A stretch of 61,415 nucleotides of DNA, filler included, from Catajapyx aquilonaris (lineage: Eukaryota): assembly GCA_000934665.2 (NCBI GenBank). It is 4 parts of 4 records of this genome, joined end to end, with 100 filler letters (N's around TTAATTAATTAA, not from the genome) between each part and the next. Parts side by side here need not be neighbours in the genome. Positions count along the whole stretch, not along the records: positions 30,751 to 46,029 come from JYFJ02007545.1; 3 more parts are not named here. One strand, written 5' to 3'. The notes under the pieces were generated by a model. That model was not told the origin of the DNA, ran no database searches, and worked only from the letters and a program-made list of their open reading frames with translations. Shown here piece after piece: positions 31,347 to 44,500 of this stretch. Within the stretch, counting starts at the first letter, position 1; every line of letters starts with the position of its first letter. The position numbers and the translations under genes were made by a program.

Positions 31347-34300
31347 CTGAGACTAGCTGAACTAGAGGAAGTTCTCTTTCGGGGTGTCCTCTGTGAAGAT
31401 GAAGGCTTTTGAATGCTAACATCACTCCTCCTCTGCAGAGGTAGTGGGCCTTTCAACACAAGGTCCCTAGCGGAAGATGGCAGGCTGAATATTGACGCTG
31501 TCTCTGTGGAAACCAGCTTCTCGGATGTCTCACTGCATTGATGGGCAGATTGTTCGCTCGACTCATCTCTGCAGTAACTGGGGAACACATAATTTAAATG
31601 CTTTAATCACACCAAGACAATAAACCACTACACTTACTACACGTCATGGAATTTGCTTGACTTAGCAGCTGGCCAAGGCAACCTAATGACTTCCTCCAGC
31701 ATGTCTTGAAAATGTTTTAATTTACATCTGGTCTCAAAGGTGAAATCCTTCCTCCTCTTCTTAATGGCTTGGAGAGCCTGAGATGCACTCAAATGCAAAG
31801 GGTTGTCCACAACGACTGGAGACTCCAGCTCCACAAGTGTGTTTTTGAGAACACGCTTTAATACACAATCAGTAGATTGGTTCTCTGACTCAATGAGCAC
31901 TGGAGTGGGGGCACCATCGTCTATCTCGACTGAAATGGTACTTTCAGGGTACTCCAACAGTGCTGATTCAGGTACACAAGTCGATTCCAACAATGGTGTG
32001 GTTTGGTTGTGCACATGTTGGTTTGCTTCAAAACGCGGCTTGGCAAAACAAGGTAAAAATAAAGGTACACTAACTTCAGCTGGAGCTTTGAGAACATGAA
32101 GTGTCCCTTTGCTTGGAGTCACATCATCAAATGTTAGCAGAAATGTGATGTTTTGCATGCAGCCTTTGCTGTGACTCTTTGAACCCATCTGGTGGGGCAG
32201 TGCCGCCTTGGAATCCTCTACCAAAGACTGCAAACTAATTGACTTGGAGGGTGGTTCATGTCTAGTGTCAACCAAGGTCTGTTTCCACATCTGTGTGTCT
32301 AATGTATCACTTGATGGGAAGTTTTGGACACATTGTAGACGCAGGAGTACCCCCATCTGTGGACAGTTAGAAGCCCTGTTATTTTGTGTGTATTTCATAA
32401 TCCTGTTCAGGATATAAGAATGTTCCAACTAAGTGCATTTAAAGCAGTAACATTTGTTCAGATTCATCCAACAAAACAAGCAAGACAATACATTGACCTA
32501 TGTACTCTCCCAAACGTTGCCAAGATGCAAATACCGTAAAACCTCTATATAACGCTCATCAAGGGAATGCCCAAAAGTAGCGTTATAAGCAGGAAAGCAT
32601 TACATGCAAGAAAATTTACCTTATGGAAATGATCTACGGACTGGAACAAAGGGGCGTTATATCAAGTGTTATATCGAGGTTTTACTGTACTAAGGAACAT
32701 GCTAACAAAAAGTATGAGATAATATCTGAAGCAGTGGATTGGCCACTGTCTCCGAATTAAGATTTTTGACATAATGCATGGAATATGTCTGAATGGATCC
32801 CTAGCATCTGAGAATTGGCATGTCATGATATAAATTCGGTTAAACCGATTACAACATATTGAAAAGGAAACCACGCCTACTGCACCCTGGTCTCTCACTA
32901 CCATTACTTGTGACGTCATCACAATTATTGTTTGAGTGGAAAGAAGCAAAAGCAACTAAGGTTGTGGCTATGGCAAGAACAACCACAAAGCAAAGGCACA
33001 GCTCTCTTGTAACTGAAGTGAGGTTACTAATAACATCATCATTCTCCAAGTTTCAACTTTTAAAATTCATATCTTCTGCCTGAAGAGACACATTTTTTGG
33101 AATTTCATCTGCATGCTTTCTGAAGTTCATGTCATAATTTTAAAATTCAATTTCAAGTTTTTATTTTTGGGACACTGCAGTGGCCCTTTAAGATACAGGG
33201 CGAAGGGAAACTCGCGGACAATCGCCAGGTAGACTCGTAAAACTAATATAGGGATGTGCAATTAGTTTCAGGCGCCGTTGCATAGTTAATGCACATGGCG
33301 CCTTTAAAGTTTCGTGACGTCACATCTGCTCCACCAGTTTCAAAGAAGCAAAAGTCAGCTTGAGGGCCTCCGAAAAATCTGGCCTTGGTCCTAATGCATC
33401 GACACGTGCAATGGGTGATCAAAACCTGTCACTGTAAGAATCCATGTGCGACTTTATCGTTTTTACCTCATATTTTGCCATCTGGCCCTCTACATTTGGA
33501 CAGCACCATACGCATTAACTATGCAATGGCGTCCAAAACTAATTGCACATCTCTATATTAGTTTTGCGAGTACTATCAATCAACCTGGCGCTTGTCCGTG
33601 AGTTTCCCTTCACCCTGCATATTTGGTGAACTGGTTAGGTTCATCCATCCAGTTCACACAACAGAATCATCCTTATATTATTGTATTATGAAGGGCTCGG
33701 GAGAAAAATTTGATAACTGCCAGTCAAAAATGCAAAAAGTTCTCTACCTGATTTTGCCCCCCTGGAAACAAATGAAGCACGGAAGGTGTCCTCGGGTAGG
33801 GAGTACCTTCATGAGTAATTGTGAATTTTTTCCCACCTGCAGAGAGAGTCAGTCATGGGCAGTCAGCTTGTGAGTGATGGAGGGTACTTCACACACGTTG
33901 AATTTTCATTTCCACCGAAAATGATGGAACAACTTGAACAGGGTACGACCCACGACTCGTCACCATTCATCACAGTGTTCAGGAAGTCTGGGTCACCTTT
34001 TGAGGAGTCCAGAATGTCCTGAAGACTTGCAGCGCCATCGGTAGGTAGCTTTGGCACAAATTGAATGTCTCAGGAGTAAAACGTGTTAACTGGCACATGG
34101 CAGGCTGACTGTTAGCGACTGGTGCTCTCTGCAGGCGGGAAAATATTCACAAATACTCATGAAGGTACTCCACACTACCCACAGAAGGACACCCCTGTGC
34201 TTCAGTTGTTTCTGCGGAAAAAAATCAGGCTGAGAACGCTTTGCATTTATCACTGGCGGTTATCATGTTTTCCTTCCGAGCCCGCCAAATAACAAGTCTA

Positions 34301-36127
34301 ATTTTATAATGGAAAGTACAGAAATCGTACCATGGGATTCTCTGCCCACTTGGCAAAGAGAATAAGAATGGATTCTCTGCTTTGACCATGATCTGCAACA
34401 CATAATTGCATTTTCTTGCCAGTAAGGAAGCAAAAAGGCACAGTTTCCAAAGAAAGCTCCTGAATCACTTCCAGACAACCCACTGGATGAGGTGGATTCT
34501 GAAAAAAAAAAGAAAAAAAAAGAAAGAAAGAAAAAAAACAGTAGTCACCATATCACTCACTCCAACCTAGTACAGTACAGCATTGGATAAACTTTGAACA
34601 GCATTCAGATGGAGTGTTTCTTGATCTTTATTTTTAGAGAGAAGAGAAAATATTCCTGCTAGTGTAGTGACAATGATATGAAAGGGATCTGTTTCTCAAG
34701 CTGATTTGGTTATGTATCCTAGATTAAGTTGCAAACGAGAAGCACTCGCTTACCACTGGCTGAATTTTAATTTCTACGAACCTTCTTCCTGATGCACCTT
34801 GGACTCTTCCGAGTGGCAGCTCCGGCTCCAGGAGAAGAATCCCCACTGCACAGTCCAATTCCAGGCAAAAAATTGCGTTCATCACAACTTTCAGGATTTG
34901 ACATTTCCAACCATCCTCTCCAGACATGCCTGGAGTCATCCGGAGTTCCAATCCATCTAGAAACTTGTCTCCAAGAGTCTGTCAGTCTTCCTCCACCAAC
35001 TACTTCCAACCCTGCCTGATGCCAGTTGCACAAGCGGGCTAATGCTCCAGCTATTTCAGGCGCCTTCCTTCAAGTGACAGGGAGTAGCAAGCAGATTAGT
35101 TATTTTTAAAACGTAATTAAAGTACACAAGTATCCTTTATCCAAAATGTTTGGGTTTAAGATTTCTTCAGATATTTGTATATTTGCATAAATAAAATGGG
35201 ACAACTTTGGAATGGGATGAACAAGATATCCAGGTACATTTCTTAATGAGGATTATACATTAGCTCTAGAGGTGGTCTTATAATAATTTGGCACATGGAC
35301 AGATAATTTATTATGCTAGTTATGGTTTACTCACATGCAATTTTCCATTTCTGGAGCTTCACGTCAGCACTCAAGAACTTTTGGATTTTGGAATTTCAGA
35401 AAAAGGATTCTCATCCTGTATTAACATTTTCTGTCACACCACAGGGTGGACTGCAAAGACGTGGCCTGTTTAAACCGCAATCTAATTGATCCACGGTTTA
35501 AACCTCTCTCCAGGCTAAACCTTATGCTAAACCCCGTTTTTGCAAGTGGAACCCCATCGTTTAAACCACGATCTAANTTATGTTCATCAATTTTCCTGAC
35601 TCTCTACTTGCAGGGCATGCAAATATCTGACCTGGTTTCAGGTAAGCAGCTTGTGACCCACAGAACTTGCACCAAACACGACCCTGGATGTGGCAGTCGG
35701 CCGGCCAAGTCAAAAATTCTGTCTGCCAGCAACTTGCAAGCCCTCCTTCCTCTGGCGAGAGTAAGTGCGCTCCACCCAATCTGCGCTAGAGTAGACCCCG
35801 GGCCAAGCAGGCCCAGCTCCCTCCACTCCCCACCTCTCCTTCGTTTCCGCACAAGAAATTCCTCCTGAGGAAGCACCAACGTGCAGTATGTGGACCTCCG
35901 CACCAAGGGCAAGGGCAGTGCGGGGTCATCACAAACAGTACTGTGACTTCGCAGGCGATCCAACAGTTCCTTCTGCACAGCATCATCCAACTCTTCACCT
36001 GAAATCGGAACTACAATTTTACAAAACACCACATCATGATGGTACGGTACAGCCCGCAACAATGCTCACCCGACTCATCCTCCGACCCGTCCCCGTTGTA
36101 CCCAAACACCACCAAGTACTTGTCCAT
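31347..36127 (-). CDS. MTBP: Mdm2-binding protein (MTBP, Treslin partner, replication origin firing factor), 5' six exons; C-terminal domain not found
   Basis: Exons 36127-36070, 35998-35632, 35067-34782, 34498-34331, 32356-31638, 31577-31347, phases consistent (~609 codons). Collinear motifs vs vertebrate MTBP as remembered: MDKYLVVF (MDRYLLLV), IFDLAGRLPHPGSCLVQV (LHQLSDKLPAPGRAMVDI), GALARLCNWH (GALKHLREWY), VWRGWLEM (LWRGKIQI), CLEVIQEL (ALEFVQMI), MGVLLRLQC (VGALFVLPC), FHDVYYC (YHGIEYC). Confidence 0.8.
32534..32687. mobile_element. Small pogo/Tigger-like MITE in MTBP intron
   Basis: ta|ccgtaaaacctctatataac ... gttatatcgaggttttactg|ta terminal inverted repeats. Confidence 0.65.
33196..33617. 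mobile_element. Tc1/mariner-type MITE with ~100-bp diverged TIRs
   Basis: TA|CAGGGCGAAGGGAAACTCGCGGACAA...TGCATAGTTAATGC pairs with GCATTAACTATGCA...TTGTCCGTGAGTTTCCCTTCACCCTG. Confidence 0.75.
33689..34290 (-). mobile_element. Inverted-repeat element containing a mariner transposase remnant
   Basis: Inverted arms ~33690-33848 and ~34125-34290. The internal minus-strand peptide PKLPT..DILDSSKGDPDFLNTVMNGDESWV resembles the mariner VPxxLT and TGDExW (first catalytic Asp) region. Confidence 0.7.
35123..35420. mobile_element. Tigger-like (pogo) non-autonomous DNA transposon
   Basis: Ends aagtatcctttatccaaaatgtttggg ... ttttggattttggaatttcagaaaaaggattctcatcctg|ta resemble Tigger4/MER46-type termini from memory. 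Confidence 0.55.
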
Positions 36128-38502
36128 CTGGAGCAGCCTCCGAAGCAGCCCTGGACCTTCCTTTCTCAGGCGCGCGGACGGTTGCAGCCAAACGCCGGCG
36201 CCAACATTTCAGCCATGTTTCGAACAACGTTACTTCCTCTCCGAAAATGGCTACATAATAGTTATAACAACCGGGGATATAACAGTTATGGTTTGATTAT
36301 GAAGTTTGGGGGACTGGCCGGGAGATAGCGCACGTTGGCAGTGACTGTGCTGCCATCTGTGGTAGGACAGGGAACTATCAGCACACGGCATGAGTATGCG
36401 CACGAGGTAAAGACTAAAGAGTAGCAGACGTCTGTGGAACACTGACAACAACAGACAGTGTGTTCTACGTGGTCTGGTGACGGATGCGACTGTCTGCCGT
36501 ACCGTACCGCAGCTATTGGAACCCGTGCAACATTGGTACGTGTACAAAAAAAGGGGTCGTAAGTATAGCCTCACAAAATGACTACAGAGGCATGTGTGAC
36601 ATTTGATTATCAGCATGTAGTAAGTAGCGCCTCAGGTTAAGTCGAAAGGTGTGGAGTGGTCTGATAGGAGATAAAAGAGACCGATTAGAGAGGGAGGGTG
36701 CAGTTGCATCAGAGTAATTGGATTCCCGCCCGTGTAGGAGAGATTGCCAGCAGCGGTTGGTGGAATAAGGAGCCGCACGGTTGAGAGGAAGGTAAATTTA
36801 TGGGACTGTGTGGTCGCATGCTGTGAACATTTACAGGCTTGCACTTTCAAGATGACCTTTGCCGGAATTGCCTTGGAGGGTTAAATTGGGATTGTACGGC
36901 ATGGGTGGCCCAATTTAACCCGTGGGGATTCTGAGCAGGGACATGGCAAAATATTTGTTATTTCTGCAGCAATTAACAGTGAAATGAGAGGTGTGGTGGG
37001 AAAAGGTGATAAGACTGATAACACTCATTTTTGTCATTTTTTACCTAAACACCTAGCAACTTTGCTAGCAACTATATCTAAAAGTGTAAAAGACATGACA
37101 AACAGTTTGGTATACTCCAAGTTCACGTATCATGCACCAGACATCAACACTGACTAGATCAAACCTCGAATTCCCTGTGATTTGTGAAGAAAATGCAAAC
37201 TTAAATTCGCTGTCCTAAAAAATTACACCTTTGTGGCTTATCACCTTTTCCATGACACCCCTCAAATTATATCTGACTTATGACAATTTTGAGGCATATA
37301 AATGCTGTCCACTTGGTAGGCCTACCTTCAGTCTGTGTCAGATGTTATGTCATTTTTGGCATTCAGATTAGCTGGATGTATTTACTCATATTTCTGGAGA
37401 CCGCCAGTAAAGACATATCCCTCCAATCGCTTTATGGCATTTTGCTAATATTGATATTAATTCTTGTAGCTTTCGCCAGCTTTCGGTGCTTGCCTTGTTC
37501 TTTACTGCCATTACATTGGTTTTAACATACTCCAATTACAATGCATTGTGGATGCATGGCTGATATGTGCATAGATATAACCAGATAGCTCCAGTTGCTT
37601 GTTGTTTCCCAATAAAAAAAACAATGGATTGTTTAGTTTATGGTCTCTTGAGGCACAGGATGGGTAAATTGCTGCATCATACTGATATAGTACTTCCTCA
37701 CCTACTGCTGAAGAGATGGTGGATGTCATACCAAAATTTTATTTTGGTGTCAATTTGTTCGTGAATGTGACTGAAATACAGAATTGCGCGCTTTTGTGAG
37801 ACTTCATATTGTGTAGCCTGATTATACTTGCCTGAATGTACCTCACCTTATGTACTATACACTGCACAATATGTGTCATGAAAAACATTTAAGGAATGTA
37901 CTTGTTACATTAATTACACTGCAATTGCATTAGCCTGATGTACGTATTATCTGCATTTTTAACATTATGGTGCTGAAAGTTCAAAATGCTACATATTTGC
38001 GGCTTTTTTTTAGAGAGAACTTACAACACTGGAAATAGGGATGATCATACTCTCAGTGCACATTTATTCTGAATTTCTTTGATGGAGAAGAGAAGTTGTA
38101 GAGTCATAGAAGAATGAATACTTTCACATGTTGGGATTTTTACATATCCATCACCTGCTTGCGGGGCTTGAAAATGAGATAAAATAACTGCAGAATCTCA
38201 AGAAAATATGCTAAGCATTTTAGTAATGCAGCAGACCTTATGAATGCTATGCCAGCATGTATTATTTTGTAACCTTGAGATGTACATGTTCATAAAGACT
38301 CATTAGCAAGTTTTTTGCACCATGCACACTCCACCCGAAGGCTTCTTTTTCCATACGTTTTGTAATGCATCATTCCAAGGATGGTCTTCTTGCAAGAAGC
38401 AGATGCTGCAATGTGATTCTCATGATCGTTGGGAGAAATTATGGAACTATTAGTGATAATCTGATAATTTTTAGAGACAGCTGCTGAAGCACTATTCAGA
38501 GA

Positions 38503-41500
38503 ATGCAAAACCTTGAGACTGTAACACCAGAGCTGATAGAGGAGCTCCGTAATGGATTTTCACAGCGAATGGAAAGTGAAGGAATGAAAGGTATGTTATG
38601 ATCTTGGGATTCTCCCCAAGGTAGCCCATTAGCATAGGGGACACTGTTTGCAGTAGGGAAGATAGACTATGTGGCCAGCAACCTTTGAACTGGACTAGTA
38701 ATCTAATGTCCGGCAATCTGTTTGATATGATTAGCGCTGCTGTGAAGAAATCATCTATAGTATACCTGTTGCTTAGCCACATACAGTATGTTACATACCA
38801 TTGCTTGCAGACTTTGTCACTGAGTTACAATTTATGTTATCCAGATAAATTTCATCCACGAGATGTCAAACGAATAAAAGAGGATAACGTGTATGTTGCA
38901 CGTTTCCTCCTCCATCATGACCTGGATATGAAAGAGGCTTCCAACATGGCATGGGATACATGCAAGTGGAGGAAGGAAAATGGAGCCAATGGTCAGCAAA
39001 GGTTTCTTGCATGTGTAACACCATGATACACCAAATGTAGAGAGTCAGTTTTAATTGACACAAGTATGGAGAGTCACAACTTGTCAGTCATCAGAACCAA
39101 CAAGCCTTCATAGACTGTACTGTATGTTGTTGTGACCAATGTACTAAAAGTCTAAAATGTTCTGAAGAGTAGCAAGTATTGACTTTTTAAAGAGTCCACC
39201 ACAAAACTGACTCTATTTACAATCAGAGTGTGATTTCTAATAACCTGGATTTCTTATTGTCATGCAGAGATTACTGCTGAAGATGTTCCCACTGCTTTAA
39301 TGAACAAAGGATGTGTTTTCCCACATAACAGGGATAAGGAAGAAAAGAGACTCTTCTTATTCCGTGCTAAAAAACATGCAAAAGGCTCAGAGAAGATAGA
39401 TGACCTGAGAAAACTACTCACATATTGGCTGGAGAGATTGGAGAGGTCAGAATATGTCTCATGATTTCATTTTTTATGTGACAGAAATGCAGAATGTAAA
39501 ATCTTTGACTCTGAACCCAAGGGTGTATTACCCAATAGGCCGAGTAGGCATGTGCCTAGGGCGGCAAATTTTGCAGCCCCCTAAAATTTGCCACCCTAGA
39601 CTCCAAATAATTCTCTCCTCGATAAAAATTTTCACCTCCATGACACTAAAATAATGTCATGGAGGCGGGAAATGGAGAAAAGTGTCATCGAGGAGAAAAT
39701 TTTGACACGTGGAAAAATATGTACTTTATGGCGTCACCGTTCATGTGCTGCCCCAAGATGAATCACCCGATGCCCGAGACCAGTAAGGGCGAAAGTCGCA
39801 TGCGCCCTTCTCCCCTAGGACAGGGGGGATCTGTGCCGTATCTACAGGCGACTTTCGCCCTTACTTGTCAGGACATCGGCCGATTCACCTTGGAGCGGTA
39901 TAAACGTGTATAAACCCCAAGATGAAATTCACTGGATTTTGCTAAGTACTAGTAGGAGTATCCATGACCAAAATTTCAAATTATTTGAAATGACAATTTT
40001 CGAGATATTTGGCCTTGAAATCCGCAAATCCGCGGGGGGCGGGAGGCTGATAACGCTATACCTAGGGGCAGCAAAAACCTAATTACATCACTGTCTGAAC
40101 TAGAATACTTCACATTGGTTGCCAGGTGTATGGTATTGCAATTGCATTAACTTGGAAGGTTTACAAAATTCTGACCAGGTGTTGTACTGTTTGCTTTTGA
40201 CCAAGGTTTTGAATTGTGGTAGCCAAGTCCAGATAAATCTAATGGAATACGTCGCCCCAGTTAACATTATAAGCACTATGTTAACTGCTGCTCGTTTGAA
40301 ATTGCAGGGAAGAGGCACATTCCCCAATCACAGTAATACTTGACTTAGCAGACACTGGACTGACCAACATGGACATGAACTTTATCCAGCTGTTCATTAA
40401 CATGTTGAAATTCTACTACCCAAACTACATTAATTATATCCTAGTCTTTGAGATGCCCTGGATCATGAATGGTAATTTTGTTGTCTGCTTCAATCACAAA
40501 GCTTCAAAATAACTCTGTGTATATATTCTTTCAGCTGCTTGGAAAATAATCAAGGGGTGGCTTCCTCCCAAAGCAGTAGCACGGACAAAATTTCTGAATA
40601 AAAATACCATGAAGGATTATATCGATCCAGACCAGCAACTTGCTGCTTGGGGTGGAAATGATGATTATGAGTATAGCTTTACACCTGAAGAAGAAATGAG
40701 CCCAGCATCAACACCAAGTGATTCTCCAAAACTAATTGGGAGTGCACCCATGCCCAACGGAGTTGTGGACGATGGCAGGAGAAAAGTGGGTATTCCACAT
40801 TTATATGTTACTACTTAGCAAAATTTTATACAGTATTTGCTACATTCCACACACTGTATTTCTGGTGTGTAGCGTCAGTATACATTGGGGTTGCCAGCAG
40901 GTCAGCATAACCCAGGAGGAGACAACCAGCTGGTGTAAAGTGGGGTAATTTTTGGGGATTTCTTCCTTACCTTGGAAATCATGAGATTTTAATTAGAACA
41001 GCTGTTGAATGTCTACAATGCCTTGTAAGTAATGCAGTACCGGTACTGTGTGGACCACTCATGTGATTTTTTGTAAAGCTGCGTTTACATGTGAGCGATT
41101 TGACGATCGAAGTCTTCACCAAGCAATAACATCGCTGAATAACCGATATTGTTTGAGGTGAAAGTAACAATCCAATTTTGCCTCAAACAATACTGGTTAC
41201 TCAGCGATGTTATCGCTTCGCGAAGACTGTGCTCGTCAAATTCCTCACATGTAAACGCGGCTTAAGTGATTTAATTCACTCAAAATAATCGAATTCCGAG
41301 GTCACAGGAAAAATAATTATTTTGAGAAATCATGTTGTTGCTATTGTTGTTGTTTAGATGACCCAACAAGGGTTCTGGTGATACTGTTAATTTTTGATAA
41401 AAGCAGTTAACTCTGAATAACTTGTGTTGAATCTTCAGTGGCACCACCAGGCATATTTACCAGATTTGGTAAAGTACTTTTTAAAGAGAAGACACAAGGA

Positions 41501-44500
41501 AGGTAACAATATCAGAAGCTGTAGTCTAGGTGACAACCCTGTTGTTGAATAATTACACACCTCCCTTTCTGCACCTTGATCACTTGTTGACTTGTAGATC
41601 TTAAATTTTCAGTCTTTATTTTTCCACAACCACTGCATAAAAGTATTGCGCATATTCTTTTGACAGTCTACTAAATACGTCCCAATGCCCCTAAATGATA
41701 TTTCACTTCGACGATGGTCCTCTACCTGCAGAAAGCTGGTATGCCTTGTTCTCTTGATATTTAATCTTATGACCCCTTCGTTACTATTATTTGGGTGAAA
41801 TCACTACCATGGAAACATTTGAACATGTTTACACTTTTCTAAGATAGCACGTGCAGTTTATGTGGCCTTGCATACTAATTTTTAAGACTGTAAAGAAAAC
41901 GTGAGAGACATGAGACTCAAGCAATTTGCAAGGATGTATTGCAAGACAAAAGAAGATGAGGCCTCCAGGCCCATGGGATGCTCTCACTGACTCTTCTCGT
42001 GGACTGGATACTCAAGCAGTTACTATTGGGATTCGGGCCACCCCAGGAAATCCCCATGGTTGTTGTATGTATTAGGCAGTCCTTGCCCGATGGAGAAACT
42101 GATGGACCTAAGTATCTGAATAAGTCACTGTTTGAGTTACTAACCATAAGTGAAAAATATTGGGTGCATAAGTCCTTAATTAAAGGGAGAAAAATTTCAG
42201 AACAATGTATCGGAAAAAAGTGAAACCTTGAATGGCAAAGAGCAGCAATCAACTGATATGCAAGGGATAAAATATTGCTAATTTGCAATTTCCCCGAACC
42301 TCAAGGGCAAGCAGGAAGATATGGAAAAATGTGGATATTTTTATAGTGATGGACACAGCTAACAGAAGGTTCAGCTTCGCTAAACCGCTAACTATAACCA
42401 TTGACATCGCTGACGCTAAACAACTAGACAGATTAGCGGAAACTAACGCTAAGTTATATGAATTTAGTATTTTTTGGCACCACGGCCCTTTAAAAAATAA
42501 AACCAGACCTAGAATGCCAGAGCCTAGAGAGCACTGGTACTCATACACCTTATTTAGTTATTTACTGTTCCATACAAAAAGTAATACACAAATCCAAAAA
42601 GCAAAAAAGTTTAATTAATTGTAACAAAAGTACAGTTGACTCCGGATATAACAGACTTAAAGGGACCGCAGAAATTAGTCTGTTATTGCCACATCACCAC
42701 TTTTTCAATGAATATACCAAATGCAAAGTTTTCTGCTTTCATATGCTTATAATGCACACTTCTGCATTTTATTAATGAAACTATCCACAAAAATGCAAAA
42801 TTAGTTCGCCCCTAAATTAGGCTGGAGCAAAGAAATATCTGTCATTTTATTATGCCATCTTGTCCTTGCCGAATATGCCAGAAAAAGAATGATTTTGACC
42901 ATTTCTGCCAGTGTTAGATCAGTGGCTAGGGGAAAATCACCCCATCTCCATTATGCAATGCTTTCCTCACATGGGAAAGGCGAGTAATCAAAAGCAACAC
43001 ATTTTCCCACTGAGCAGCCAAGAAAGCCGAGGTAAGGTGAAAATGGGTCCGTTATATCAGGAGTAAAAATACACAGGGCCTTATGGAAGTATGGCAGGAC
43101 TGGCCTTTCGAGGCTGTTATATCCTGATTCAACGGTATTACATTTTACAATCGGAAAATGTAATTCACTTTGGCTGGACCATCTCTGACTCCATCCTTTC
43201 GAAGTGATGGTGGTTGGCCTTCAAAATGCTGCTCAAAAATCGAGACAGGAACATGTATGAATTTTGTTAGCAGACCTACATCTAGCAGAACTAAACTTAG
43301 CAGAAGCTAATTGGTTCACTAATAGATTACAGAGTTAGCAAAAATGCTAATCAGCCAACCAAAAAGTTACCTTTGCTAATTAGCGGAACCCTGACCACCA
43401 CTGGTTCTATAGTGGTTCTTGAGTTGCACCTTATGTATGGATATTAACATTTAATGAAATATACAAGGTTGTGAATGGTAATTCCCCATACTCCACTGTG
43501 CAGAAAGTATTGCATAATCATTTATTTCATTAAATGTCATTTTTAAAGAGCAAGATGCACCTCTAAAATTGGTCTTCTGTCATTGCTGTAAGAATTAAGT
43601 TGATGATTCCTGCACATCTGTCTAATCATGCCACATTTTGAAGTTTGAAAACACTGCTCTATTTTTATCCCAGGATCTTACTTGATTGCCACTCATTTGT
43701 AATCATACGTACATGTCACCAAGATGCCACTTCTTCATTTTTGCTATCATGCACCTGCCAAAAATTTCAGTGGCATAGTAAAATTGGCATCCTGCAGATT
43801 CCCTGTCTCACTTGCTACCATTTGAAAAATGGTAAAATTCTACATTTAAATTAATTTTTTTTTTTTTTTTTGTAAACCACTGAAAAACTTCAGATAGGCA
43901 CTTCTCATGCCCAAAAAAATGTTTCCATGGTTTGTACACTTCTGGTTCAGTTTCCGTGATCGGCAAGGGCCAAAATGTGTGAAAAATAATTCATTCTCAA
44001 TCAAGGTGTAGGTCAATGGTCTTCAACTAGTGTTTCATGGGGAAGTTCCAAGGGTTCCGAAATCTAGAAATGTTATCTGGTAACTATAAAAGTATGATTT
44101 GTTCTGCTTACTTCTCTCACTGTAATTTTGTTTTCCCAATAGGCCTATGTTTAAGTACGAGTAATTAGCCAAAATTCCACTCCGCCCACAAGTGCCTGTG
44201 CTGCATCGATTCTTTTAGTCAAAACGTTTTATCAAAAAGGGGGGAAATTTTGGTTTCTGTACATTTAGCTGCTTAATTTTCAGTGACAAATAATATTTTT
44301 AAGTAAGGAGACTGCAATGCTGTCAAACTTAGAGACTTTCCTATCTCACCTGAGAGTTGCCCTAGAATGGAAAACCATTCATTGTGGATACCATGAATCA
44401 AACCTGGGCCCTTTTGATTCTGTCAGGCTGTCAACCCTGTATGGATACGGCATTAAAAAATTAGGCTATACTCTTTTATGCATGGAAAGGTCAGTGATAA

